A stretch of 63,095 nt of DNA, counting the filler, from Sphacelaria rigidula (lineage: Eukaryota), in the NCBI GenBank assembly GCA_964200075.2. It is 5 parts of 5 records of this genome, joined end to end, with 100 filler letters (N's around TTAATTAATTAA, not from the genome) between each part and the next. Parts side by side here need not be neighbours in the genome. Positions count along the whole stretch, not along the records: positions 25,281 to 37,819 come from CAXNAA020003652.1; positions 37,920 to 50,457 come from CAXNAA020003653.1; 3 more parts are not named here. One strand, 5' to 3'. The translations under genes were made by a program, and so were the position numbers. The notes under the pieces are model-generated. The model did no database searches. It was given only the letters and a program-made list of their open reading frames with translations, and was not told the origin of the DNA. Shown here in pieces: positions 28,090-41,200 of the stretch. Every line of letters begins with the position of its first letter. Within the stretch, counting starts at the first letter, position 1.

Positions 28090-31000
28090 GATGGCGTTAA
28101 CCTTCTTGGTAATGATCGGGTTTGTGCGGTATGGCCGAGAAGAAATCGGCGAGACACCGGGTTGGAGGGTAACCTCAAAGTGCAGTGTTTTGCAATCCCC
28201 AAGATCCGTCTTGGATCGGGAAAATCGGTCAAGGTACTATAGCAGGGCATCACTGAGTTCTCGGATGACTGGCGGTTCCCAGCCGGGCCCATGAAGGTCA
28301 TAGTTGATGTCGCGCGTGTGTGGCGGCAGTTGGTGCCACATGTGCAAGAAACTATTCCGAGAATCTGGTGATAATCGTTGAAGCACTTCAGCAGGAGAAT
28401 CGGAATTTGAATGGCCAGGATCCACGGTGTGGACCTGGGGTGGAGTCGCGGAGGCGAGGTCGAAATACGGTTTATCGACACAATGGACTGACTCCGCCGG
28501 AGATGTGACGTTTGGCGCGGCAGGCTCTGTCACGCACGTCTCGAGTGGGATGTGCATCAGGGGAGCAGCGGCGATTCCTAATACATCGGCGGGTTCCAAG
28601 TTAGCATGACCCGTAAGAGGTAGGAGTTGTTGTCCCGCCGACACAAAATGTTCTATGTCGGCTGGTGCGCCAAGACGGGGTAACATTTCGGCGAAATAAT
28701 GACCTGTAAGTGCTGGCATGCCATTTCGGCGAAGTAGTGCAACTTCTAGAAGTTGGGGATCGTCGGAGAGTGTAATACCAACGCTACCGTTGTGTCATAG
28801 GTGGTAAGCAGCTCCGGTTGCTTGAGGATTCTTCTGGTAAGCCAGGGCGCCGTGGAGAGTACCAAAGTGTTCGAGGTTGAATTCTCCACGAGGCGGGGAA
28901 TGTGGGGCTAGTGGTGGAAGCGTGCGGTAGGTGCGTTTATTAAACCACATATAGCTATATCTGCCCAATAGTATGGCGTGGTGCATTGTGCTGTCGGGGA
29001 CAATGTATCCCCAGACTGCGAGGCTAGCAGATCGAGTGGTGTTGTGAAATAATTATACACTGAGACGTACGAATTTACGTGTCGTCAGTGGTGCGGCAGA
29101 ATCACCGAAACCGCCCCACACTCGAGGTTTGGTGGTGGTTTCGCAAGCTGCAGTAGCAGCGTCAATTTGTTTCATGCGTTTCCGTGTTGATTCTCGAATA
29201 AATGTTTGCGGGCTGCCGCTGTCCAACAAGGATACGCATTTCGTAGGCGTGATAGCGTTTGGACCGGAATGGATCGCAACGCGTGTAGTGAAAGTGGTCG
29301 GTTCTACAGACACCATACCGAAGACAAGATCCGGATCGTGTTCCGGCAAGGTAAATTGGTCATGATCAGCGGGGCTGACAGTAAACACGCATGGCGGATG
29401 ATCTGCCGGTGGGTCAGGTGCCTCACCAGAGAACGGGGTGGACGGTATACTACTTCCAGGTGTGGCACGGTCAGAGTCATCATTGGCGATTTCGTAAATG
29501 ATCGTCTTTGGTTGACAGGGATCACCGTCCAAGGGGGATCCAGAATGTGCGGGGCTGGAATCGTCGATTGAGAAAGTAGAGCCGTCAGGATTATTTGATT
29601 TTGTTTCTTCCGGGATACTTGATAGAGCTGTCGAACTCAAAGTCGTCGCATTTTTGAGAGATAGAGGTTGAAAATTTCCGCTCGAAAGAGGTGTACGTGA
29701 TTATGCTCGCGCGACCTTGGGGGCATGCTTACGGGGCTTTCTCTTTCGCCGTGACAAAGGTCGGGGGACTTTCAAAACATGCTGGGATGAAACCACAATT
29801 GCGTCCAGTTGCGTGGATGGGGTCAGCATCAGGGCATGACGGAGCGAAACTTGTGGGCTGCTTTCCGTAGGCAAGCTTGGCTGTTGGGTCATTGCCGAAG
29901 ATATGTTGGGGCGGTTGTTATTAAAACCGGTCGAAGGTAGGTCCGGGCGTGTTGAAAATCGCGGGGAAGGAGCTCGATCCAACTGATTGGGAATTACATG
30001 ATCCGATGTGATCAAGTTCAAATCAGCAACACTTGGGTCAGCTGAAAAAGGCTTGCTACTACCTGTGCGTGCGGTCGCTGAGGGAAGCCTTTACCTCAGG
30101 GACTGGCGGTTGATCCTTCCACACCCCAGACTTGTACTCGGCAGTGAAGGACCAAGTTCAAAGCCGGGTGTAGGTCTGAGTCGCGGGGTGACACAACTGT
30201 TACGCGGTGTGTGGAGGGGTGAAGACGGGGGTCGATATGAACGGCCGTCAGTTGCGCTCCTGCATAGTGCCGGGGGAGCCAGGCCAACAATCTGAGTCGT
30301 AGGCTCTGCGGGCTGAGTTGAAATGTGTGTGGAGGTTGGAGACGGGGGTCCATTTGAACGGCCGTCAGTTACGCTCCTGGATAGTGCCGGGGGAGTCGGG
30401 CTAGCAATCTTAGTCACAGACTCCTTGGGCTATGTTGAGAAAGTCTTCGCCCATGCTGTCGGCGGCGTGGAAGACCGAAGAACGCCGGCGTCGGCACGTC
30501 ATGGATCTGGGCGATCCATAGTGAAGGTACCAGGGTTTCTGGTGTTGGGATTCGAGCTTTGTGTCGGTCCCGTCCGCTGGTGTCTATCAGCGGGACATTT
30601 GTTGTCGCGAGGATTTTGAACGTTCTGGCGAGGGCTTGGGTGATTGTTGTTTTGTCGGCAACCGCGATTAGAGCTTTTGTTGCCACATTGTTTTAATTAT
30701 TACGGTAATTTCGATTAGGTGGGCGATAGTCGCGCATGCGTTTTTGCCATCGGTGCCACGCGTGTTCATTGTCCTGCAATTCAGGGTTCATGAGATCAAA
30801 GGCATTGACGTATAGACTGTCGCAGTCGCGCATACTGTGGCCTTGAACACTACAGTTGACGTAACTGTTGGCATGACTGCTGAAGGCATTGCGTCTAGCG
30901 GAAGAAGAAAGAAGCGGGTTCCACAAATGGGGATCATCTGTAATGAATACCGTTGTTGAAGTCAAATGAACATCATCCCAAGTTTCCTCGGAAAACGGCC

Positions 31001-31900
31001 AACCATCAAAACTTACGCTGAATGCATCTCTGGTACTCTGAACATGCATAACTGAACCGGCGATCGAATCGGGGGTCCATGAAGCGCGAGACGAGCTCGA
31101 ATTCCTGCCGCGAGCCCCTTAGGCATGAGCGGAGGGCACAACCGTAGGTGGTGAACGCACAGACGTAGAAAGGTTTCCACGTATGGAGGGCGTTAGATTA
31201 CCCTCTTAGTGAAAGCAGACCACATAGTATCAACAGAGGCGTGAGGCACCTCGCGATGCGCCGAGACACCCGGAAACAACGACGGCACCAGAGCCGGATA
31301 TTATTGAGCGACGCTATTGCGAAGTAAGTTTGACACATTGCATCGCTCGGTCCGTTTTGGCGTCCGACACCCTTAGTACCAGAAACCAAAAGCTTATTTT
31401 CGCGGAGATAACCCGCGAAGGGGACATCCGATGCGACAGCAAAAGAACTCAGCCTCTGGATGGCGCTGGCTCGGTCGCTGTTGTCAAAATAGCCAATCAA
31501 ACGCCTCTCCAAATCAGAGAGCAATACCGGGCCTGTCTTCCCCTTGGCACGGTCCGGATCAATTTCGGCGAGGAAGCCGTCGAGGATCTGTGTTGATGAA
31601 GTAGCGATGTCGGGCGAGCGGCGGCTGATGGATCGATGCAATACTTTGTGCAGGGGAGTCTGCCAGCCCTCTACCCAATCGGAATCTTCGAAACGTTGTG
31701 TGCCAGTGGCATCCGCCAAGTGAAGGATGCTACAAACAGTGCAGCGAATGGACGTGATGAGGGCAGAAGTAAACTGGCCCGAATCTTCGTTATCCGCAGC
31801 AGGCATGGGTTTAATGTGCCAGAGCTATTTCACATCCATCTGAATGTAGTGTCTCTGTATTGCAGCTGCTCGGGCAGACTCGGCTCTATCGGATGCTATC

Positions 31901-34900
31901 CTTGGTGGCAGTAAGATATCACGACGTGCAGGTCTGCTCGTAGACCCTGGATTCCGTAACGCGTTGTTATTGCGTTTGCTACTGTCATTAGTCAGGATTG
32001 TTTGGTCGCGGCCAGGACCCACCTCGATCAGTCACCGGCTTGCCTTGGTCTACTCTGAGCCATCACTACGCTCTGCCCCTATGGCTGCGCTGCGGCTGGA
32101 CTGAGTAAGAGAGCTGCTTGTAGATATAACATGTTGCTATGAAGCACATGAGTTCCTAACCACCAGTCTGCACATGGATGAACCTTTGTTCATGATGGAT
32201 AGCTATATAGGTCGCACGGTGTGCCCACGTGAGAGCTTGGTTAGCTGGAACCAATGGTATCCCGACTAATGCCGAGATAGCCCCCCCACAAAAAGTGCAC
32301 CGGAGACCGGTCGACAAACCGGCTGCGATCCCACTACTGGGATCGTTTGCAGCAATTTCGCCCACGCGGGAGGCGTGTAGCAATCCACAATCAGCTATAA
32401 TGCCCAAATGAGTCGCGTCGTGCAGCACCAAAACAGCTCTAACGGCATTTATGACCATCGCCTTCGTGCACGTTTTTGGCCGGTTCGGGGGGGCTATCTC
32501 GGCAGCAGTCTCTCCTGGTACTCGTACTGAGAGACCTCAGCCAGTGCATTAGCTACACCATCATTATGACAATTGGCGTCGATAAACGGACCCTGTTCTG
32601 CTTGGTTAGGAGGCCTTTGTGTTGCTTGGCGTTGTGTTTTTCTGCTCAAGCTGTAGTCAGTAACTCGCCCTAATTTTCTGCGTTTTTTTACTTGTATTCA
32701 GTGAGGCGCCCCTGTGCTATTCTGATTGTCATGGGCGTCAGCTTACTCTGGGTTCGGTTGCATTGAACAACAGTGGTAAAGACTGCTGTACGTTGCCCCA
32801 CTTCGCGTACTAATGATACGTATCTGCCCGCCGTTGGTACACTGCTTGTAGCTGCTAAGCGATTTGCGGTAGCTGCCCTAGGTCCTGTTCCCGCTTGTTT
32901 ACATCCGCGTAAGTGCCATGGTGACGCACTTGGTTAGTTCCCTGACTACGCGTCGATCTAGCCGGAACTGCGTTCTCGGTCCGCCTTGTGCATGTAGCTA
33001 ACCGTCACTCTGTCTCACCACAGTGTGTTCACTCTGCTGTCGAACAGTGTATCGCACGCGCCACTGTGCCTCGTGCAAACTGTGTGCTCGCCGACCACTA
33101 CTACATCGATGGTGGTTGATAGTTGGTTTCGACGGCTCATGCTGTAGTAGCATATGGTTGATTTGCCTTGTACCGAATTAAAACGCCCCTCCTCTCCATG
33201 TACCTCGGCGAGCACCCCAGATATTAGCAGATGCGCAACCCCCCCCTTCCCCCCCTTCCCCCCCGGGCGCCCTTTTGTGTGTTGCGGTACCCCATCGCGC
33301 TGCATGGCTTTAAGGTGTGGGAAGCTGAACCGTCAGTCGCGGAAACAACAACTTCCCCCTGTGACAGCACACGAATGTAATACCGGACGTTGCGTTGTTG
33401 ACGTCGGCCCAATTGATTCGAGTCTACCGCAGTTAATTTCCGCCATTCTGGGACAACGCCGCCTGAGTGATTTCGTTGCCATGGTGTATGTTTTTGTTTC
33501 CCGTCAATGGTGCTACAAGTCGAGCCTCTTTTCAGGACTCGCCTGATAATTGACGAATTGTGGTTTCAGCGACAAAATTTGCCTTCGGATGTAAGCCCAC
33601 TAGGTTTTTGTGACCACCCTCTCGATGTTTACTCACACCACTTCAGGCAGGCCTGATTGACCTTTTCCTATATTTACAGATGACTCCCGTCGGGAGTGCT
33701 GTGGTTTTAGCGGCAAAATTTACCCTCGGATGTAAGCCCATACGTTTTGCGTGACCACCCCACGATGTTAGATATCACTTCAGTCTGGCCCAATGGAGCT
33801 TTTCTTTGTCGTATCGGATGGTCCCCGCCCCTTGTCGAGGAGAGAGTAGTGGCCCCGTAACCGCGCAGGGTTTTCAAGCGCACCGTGTCCCCCTTCATCA
33901 GTGCAAAGTATAATATTTTGCTGTACTATGGAAATAATACTCGAGCTCGAACATTTTGCATTGTAGAAGAGACGCCTTCGGACACAGCCCCCGTGCCCGT
34001 TCCATATGCCGCTGCCCGGGCTGCTTCCCAGCACCCTCCCCCCCCCCCCCCCCCCCCACACCCCAACCGACCCCACCCCCCCCCGCCCCCCCGACCGCCC
34101 ACCACCCACGCACTCCGACCAACCGCCACANNNNNNNNNNCCCGGGCTGCTTCCCAGCCCCCGCCCCCCCCCGATCTGATCAGATATCAGATCGTAGCCC
34201 CCCAACATCGGTTGTATCGTAGGCGTATACTTGAGGTACTACGACACACCGTCTGCATCCCTCGGCGATGCGGCGAGCGATGAGCTCACCTTGGCGGATT
34301 TCAGAACCCCTCAATCCGATTTGGTCAGATTTCAGATCGTAGCCCCCCTCACCTTGGCGGAGTTGGATCCTCCAATCTGATCTGGTCAGATATCAGACCA
34401 TAGCTCCCCCCCCTCCTTTTCCCTTTGCTGCGTTGTAGCCCCCCACTGGTTTTGGTGCCGTGTCCCTTTGTGCTGAGTTCGCGCCTTCTTGGTGACTGCG
34501 TTTATAGTAGCCGTGGTCACATTTCTTGTCGCTGTCGTATTTCTGTCCGTGTCTCCTGAGCATCCAGTGCTTTTTGTTTTGTTTGTCTTCGAGGTTTTTT
34601 ACGCGATGAGAGGACTGTCGATGTAGCCCAGCCTCCCGCATGTTGAGAATTTTGATGACTTGATTTCCGGATGTATTTGTTGTTGTCACTGCTCAGCCCC
34701 CTGCCGCCAGCCAAGAGAGCTCGCCGCACGGGTTCTACCTCACATCGTCTTGTTGCACGGGTCCTTGGTTACACTGTGTGCTGCTAATTATACCGCCCTT
34801 GTAGGCCGTATTTATGCCCGACGACCGTTTTAGGTCGAGGTGAGTTACTGCATTTCGACAATTTATCTGGACGTGTTCGTTTGTTTGTTCTACCCCTATC

Positions 34901-36309
34901 CCGTGGCGCAGCCTGGTCAGGTGGCGACACGGGTGTGTTTTCTTGTGTCGTTCCGTTGCTCACGGTCCAGTGTTCCCCCGGGCATGACCAATTATACCGC
35001 CCTTGTTGTAAGCCGTATTTCCGCCGGGCGATTGCTTTGAGTTGGGTATTGCGTCCTGACGAATTGTTTATTTCATTTGACATCAAGTTCTGCTCATAAC
35101 ACGCGATAGTTGATCCGCTGCGCTGAACGAAAAGTTCTCACCAACGACCTTTGGTTCTTACCCTGAGTGTCGTCTTGGATGGGCTGGTGCCCATCCACGG
35201 AGAAGTGTTGAATTCGCACTTCGGGCACACCAAACCTGAACATCGGCCGCATCCCGACTTTTATCTCCCTGTTGCTGCGTAGTCCCCCTCATCGTATTGT
35301 ACTTCACGCTGCACGCCTTTTCAAGGCAGGTTTGATACCTCAAACGCCCTGCCACGGAAATCAGCGGGGTGCCACTCTCGCTATACGCGACGGATGTGTC
35401 GGGGCGGAGTTGGACAAAGACGTGGAGCTCACTTGGATCTGCATCCGACCAGAGCAGTTGCCGCGATGGTATGCCGCATTGCGTTTTCCCTTCCCTCTTC
35501 CCGGACTGTCTGGAATTCCCTTCTTGTTCCGTTGGTGAACGAAGTCTACGCGCGCGTACCATTTAGTGCTTTACTTTGTGGATGGACTTGCGTGTGTGTT
35601 GTCTTGTTCAACATAGGTCGTGAGTGTCACGTACAGTAGATATAACGTTTTCCTTCTTGTGGATTGAACGTTTGATGTGTCGGGTCGCAGCGATGCTTGC
35701 CTATGAGAGGTGTGGGAGAGTATCTTATCATTTTCTATTTGCTTCATGCTTTTGTACGGGTGTAGTGTAGAAGAGCCCTTTCTCGTTGACTTTTCAAGCT
35801 CCTCGGCGCAATTATATATTTGCCAAGGTGATGATTATTCAACTTCATAAGGACTCGTCTAGGATGGGCTAGTGTGATAAAGCTTGGTGCTAGCAAGATA
35901 TCACGAAGTGCGGGTCTGCTCGTAGACCCTGGATTCCGTAACGCGTTGTTACTGCGTTTGCTACTGTCATTAGTCAGGATTGTTCGGTCGTGACCAGGAC
36001 CCACCTCGATCAGGCACCGGCTTGCCTTGGTCTACTCTGGTCCATCACTACGCTCTGCTCCCATGGCTGCGCTGCGGCTGGACTGAGTAAAAGAGCTGCT
36101 TATAGATATAACATGTTGCTATGAAGCACATGAGTTCCTAATCACCAGTCTGCACATGGATGAACCTACTCTGTGCTTGTTCATGATGGATAGCTATAGG
36201 TCGCACGGTGTGCCCACGTGAGAGCTTGGTTAGCTGGAACCAATGGTATCTCCTGGTACTCGTACTGAGAGACCTCAGCCAGTGCATTAGCTACACCATC
36301 ATTATGACA
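31901..36309 (+). mobile_element. Non-autonomous LTR-bounded element (LARD-like); LTR copies 31901-32571 and 35883-36309
   Basis: Highly similar direct repeats of ~420 bp, both ending TGACA. A PBS-like TGGCGTCGATAAACGG follows the first copy; a purine-rich tract (35704-35720) lies upstream of the second. No gag/pol ORF recognised inside. Confidence 0.7.
32264..32510. mobile_element. 247-bp MITE inserted in the left LTR copy
   Basis: TIRs GACTAATGCCGAGATAGCCCCCC / GGGGGGCTATCTCGGCAGCAGTC. The right LTR shows the empty site GGTA-TCTC-CTGG; flanks are TCCC/TCTC. Confidence 0.92.
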
Positions 36310-37819
36310 ACATCTGCTCAAAATTCTGGGCCCATATTTTCTTCTTGATTAAACCCCATATATAGTAATATCTATACCTAACGGAGATAGCATCCATACT
36401 CAAATCTCTATGAAATCCCCGATCGATGTATTCAGCGGATGACGACGAATTTTGGTGTGGACATTCCCTGGAGCACGGGGAGAAGATAGAGACCCTCGCC
36501 TTTACCTAATTCGGAATCTGTCTCGAGATATGGCACACATAAGTTTTGATACCAAAATCAGTATAATACGAGCAGATGCAGTAGATTAACCCTTTTGGAA
36601 CTCTCAATGAAAAATTGATCATTGGCAATTGACGCTTTTCGAGCAAGATATGGTTGATGATTCACAGCTTAGACGCGCAACAATATTCGCCCAATGCGTA
36701 TTTTTCAGACCCGTGCGAGTGACAAGTGAAACAAGACAAGGTTTTCTTTTTTCTCATTGCGGCGAGGTCCCGGACCCGTCGACGTTTTTTTCTGCACTCG
36801 TGAGCTCCTTCCCTGGCCACAGTGCGCGGCGAGCCTCTGTGAAGCATGCTTCCCGCCTGACCTGCACGCCCTTCCTGCTGCAGTTTATACTCTTTGCTGC
36901 ATCATAGCAACAAGGGCAACGCCGATGATACATCCGCCATCTTTATGAAGTGGCGGTGTGATACAATTTCACGCAATCACCTTTGCGTGCCGCCGAGGGC
37001 GCTGCGATACTGCGCTGTACAGTACTGGTTGTGTTTACAGCAGTTTGGGGTAACCTCGACTGAAGACTCACGTCATGCACAACACCGTGCTCATGCACGT
37101 TCCGACAGCACCATCCCGCCGTTTGAAACATTCCGTAAAGGCGACGCAGACGCCATGTGCCCTGCAGTTATGCACCGTCACTGTGGTGTAGGGGGGGTCT
37201 GCCAAGTGCCGTCGCCCCAGGGGTGATGTCTCACTGCTTCGTGTTATGTCTGTATCATATTTTGAAAATATCTCTGTAAAAGCGAGGCATGCAGAAACCT
37301 GCGCTCTGCCAAGCACGTGCCGAAAACATCATACTGCGGGTTGGCTATTACACAATGCCGCAGCGAAAGGCATAGTTGCCCAACCAAATCTATACCGCGG
37401 GTTGATCGTTCCCGACCGTTGCACAGACATCTGATGAAGCCGGACTACACTGTTTGGCAACAGGGAAAGTAGAAGGGGAGGGAGAAAACTTCAGAGCCAC
37501 ACGGAAACAGAGAGCGAGCTAGGAGTGGGGAAGGATAGAAACAAGTCAGGTATCGGCATGGGTTAGAAGGGTAGGATGGAGAGTATGCATTGCTAACGGG
37601 AAAACAACCTTAAAACGTAGTGCACGGGCGAACGGAGTGAAAGAGAGGCAGGAACAGTTAAATACCCGGAAAGAAAGGAGAGGGGACACAGCGCCCCGAA
37701 CCAAGTAAACCAAGTCCGAACCGGCAAGGGGCAGAACAATCAAGCACGGGAAAGTAAAAGTGGCAACCTCTTTCTTTGCATGTTCTTTACGCTATACTGC
37801 CATCGCAATTTCCTCATGT

Positions 37820-37919
37820 NNNNNNNNNNNNNNNNNNNNNNNNNNNNNNNNNNNNNNNNNNNNTTAATTAATTAANNNNNNNNNNNNNNNNNNNNNNNNN
37901 NNNNNNNNNNNNNNNNNNN
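37820..37919. other. Artificial contig spacer
   Basis: N44-TTAATTAATTAA-N44. Confidence 0.98.
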
Positions 37920-38288
37920 GACTCGAAATTTCGAGCAACAAATGGCCCAAAATACCCCCCCCCTATCGTAGAATGACTCTAAGACTGAGCGAGAGTCTAC
38001 CCGTCGCGGAAGTGCTGGTCCATGTCGCGATATCAAATTATCAGGCATGTCCTGGGGAAAGATGATTGGAGTGTGACGAGAACAGAAGAAAACAAGGATA
38101 GAGTACCTCGCAGATGCCCAGGGTATTGTAGAACCCACGACAACCGCGGTCATTTGTGTTGCCCCCCAACACGTTCGTCAGCGAACGGACAGACGGGAAT
38201 CAAACTCTGTTCCTTTATACTTCCTTTTATCCCTCCTGTTCACTTCACCCGGTCTCCGACGTGCCAATATGCGTTTGATTCCGCACAG

Positions 38289-41200
38289 GAGCGGGCGCTG
38301 ACAGCTGCCGACTACGCGCTGTTTGCGGCGTGCGGCGCTTTCGGGTGCACTACCACGCACATGGGGGTCGTACCTCTGGACGTTGTCAAAACCCGGCTCC
38401 AGACGGAGCCGGGAAAGTACGAGGGTCTGGCGCAAGGGGTCACCACAATCGCTAGAGATGTGAGCTAGCAACAATGACGATATAGTTACGCCGTCTTGTA
38501 TCGAGCAGGGCCTTTTATTTCTTGTTTCGTGCTGGAGAATGATCAATGGCTTTGGATTTCGAGGGTTGCGCCCGCGTTTCTCTTGCCCGTGGATCGTCGT
38601 AGCGGTGGTAAGACTGCAGTAGATCGTGCCCGGACTTGCATTGGAAGAACGCGGGTATCATAACCTCACATCCAACAAATTGCTTGGCTTTAGCAAGGCC
38701 AGATGTGTCTTATTGAGAACTGATGGCATTGGGGCAACGCGAGATTCACGCTTGACTTACGACATGCCGGAGTGGAATGCAACGCACTCTGCTCTTGCTG
38801 TGCATCCACACATTTGTTTCTACCACACAAGTGATCAAAGTTGCATATCTTCGTCTTTCAAGGGAAGCTCAATATGGTTCAAATCCAGTGAGCTTTGACG
38901 GTAAATAAGAAGGTGTGACCACCGTTCTCCCTGCCCGTCCCCTTCCCGTCCCGTTTCCGCCCCCCCCCCCCTCCCAAAAATAATGTACAGGAGGGTTGGC
39001 AGATGCTGATGCAGGGGATGGGCCCAACCCTTGTTGGGTACAGTTGGTACGGAGTCACTGTCTACCCTGGTTACGAACTTTTCAAGCGTCTTTATATCGG
39101 GCTCGCGGGACCCTTGAACGCCGCGCTTTTTCGCGTGCCGCTTGTGTTGGCGGCGGGGGCAACGGCCACTGTCTTTGCGTGCATCGGGGTCTGTCCAGCC
39201 GAGGTACAGTGTGTAAGATCACGAGGAATGTAGCTACGCTTCTTGTGTATTATCGATGGGTAGGTGGCGTGTACGATCTTCTTGGCCGTGATGGGTGCCA
39301 GCTGTCATCTCCCACAGCGTCAGCGTTTCATGGTGCGCTTGGCCGAGGGGAGGGGGGCGATTTGCAGCTTTAGTCGTTGTTATGAAGTTGCATCTCTTCC
39401 GTTCCTGGTAGTGTACTGGGTAGGTGTTGGACACTGGTAATATTCGTCGATTTAGCAGCGGCTCTTGATTCGCTCCCGGGCGCCCGAAGGCGTTCGCTGA
39501 GCGTGACGCACACGTGTACGAATATGCCCACAAGGTGGTGGCGAGCACGTTTCCTCGAGTGACGCAGTAGCTGTCTGACGGGTATCTGGATGCAAATTCA
39601 TCTCGGAACCACTATGCAGCTGACAGCGTGGCCTGAATGGTGAGCAAGAAAAAGAAATGTTGCTGACAAACAGATGGCCCGCTGAGCGCTTTAGACGGTT
39701 TCAATTGCCACGTGCGCGCAGTGGCTGTTGTAGTTGCTCTAGCGCGTACTTTTATTTACACTAAACCTAACAGCACCTTCTTGTACGCCCCGTCTGTCCG
39801 ATGCACATTGTACAGGCTGTCCGCATTCGGCAGGTGGCCGATCCGACGGTTGGGAACTTACCTAGTGCGGTGAAGCAAATTGTCCGCGAGAGCGGCTGGG
39901 GGAAGCTGTACGAAGGATTGCCGTCCATTTTGTTCCGGCAGATAAGCTTCGGCATGATGAAGTTCCTCGTCTTTGATTTCTTCACGGGTACGTCGTCATG
40001 TGTGTGTGTTTTCCTTTTTTTTTGGGGGGGGGGGGGGGGCGGGGGGGGAAGGCTACGCGATTTATGTCCAAGTCGTGCGTTTCGATCGATTGGTTTTTGT
40101 CTCTTCTGGTTGCTTGGTTTGCCTGTTTGACTTTATGTGGTACGCGTCCAGCAGCTCGTGCCTTCGTATTTCCGTGCATGCACGTCTTGCCCCTCTCAAA
40201 TTAAAGTGCTTGACTTGCTCCGACGTTGTCGAGTGTGCGTTTGTGGAGTTTGATAGTGATGCCTTTCTACTGGATATTTGAATCACCCATCACTTACTAG
40301 AGGAGCGTCTCAATCCCATCCTACTAAGTCGACTGCCCCCAACACCGTGGGTCGGAAGGTCGAGAAATACTTCGACTTGAGGAAAAATTCTGACTTCGAG
40401 TTGTCCCGGGAGACACGGATCCCTCCTACGGAAAAAAAAACTCGGAGTTTTAGGAGCAACTCTGACCACAGCTGTCGAGCAAGCGCACTGATGGGTTTGG
40501 GCACTCGACGCAGTTGATTGATCTTGATTGATTCTCGCACTTGTCATTGATCCCCAAGTGATCCAGTCGTGGCCATTCTCCACAAGATAGACGTACCCAA
40601 AATGAAGAACGAAACAAAACTGGCGACACTCGCTGAAGATGGTTGTAAAAAAGCAGAAGGTAAAACAGACAGAAACATTCGGATAAAAGAATCAAGATTC
40701 ATTGTATAGTAAAGCGTTCCTGCCTAAATGGCCAAAATAGAGGCTTTCCCGACTCAAACTGGTGAGAACACGGTGTAATTCTTAGAATCTGAAAACTAAA
40801 GCTTGAAGAATTGGGCTTGGGTGCATTTTGACTATACGCACGACGTGCATTCGTCACATGTGGTGTTTGATGAGTGGGGGAGAAGGGGGAGCATTAGCTG
40901 ACTTACCCTTCTTGCGCACCGAATGGCTGCTCCATTATCTGACCTACCCAATAACAACCGATTCTCAAAAATGGGGTTGAACACTAAGATGAGGTTCAAA
41001 TGGCATATCTAACTTCCAGGAATGAATGGTGCGAAACAGTCACACCAAGGGAAAGCATCTTCCCTCGAAAAAAAACTGGAGCAGTTATTAAGCAGGTGTG
41101 GCTAGGTGCACCGAACGAATGCGGTGTACACGCGTGTCGATGGCGATATCACCAGAGAGGGGAGGAACGGCGGAGAGGAAGCTCTTCGACGGTGTCCTTT

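Larger units (their letters stand above)
25315..31806 (-). mobile_element. Degenerate Ty3/Gypsy LTR retrotransposon internal region (gag-PR-RT-RH-IN)
   Basis: Gypsy domain order on the minus strand: gag-like 31198-31806, zinc-knuckle-like (NCSVQGHSMRDC) in 30693-31049, protease LLDSGS in 29053-29640, RT 27502-28089, RNase H 26804-27496, integrase 25315-25900; several stops and frameshifts. Confidence 0.93.
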
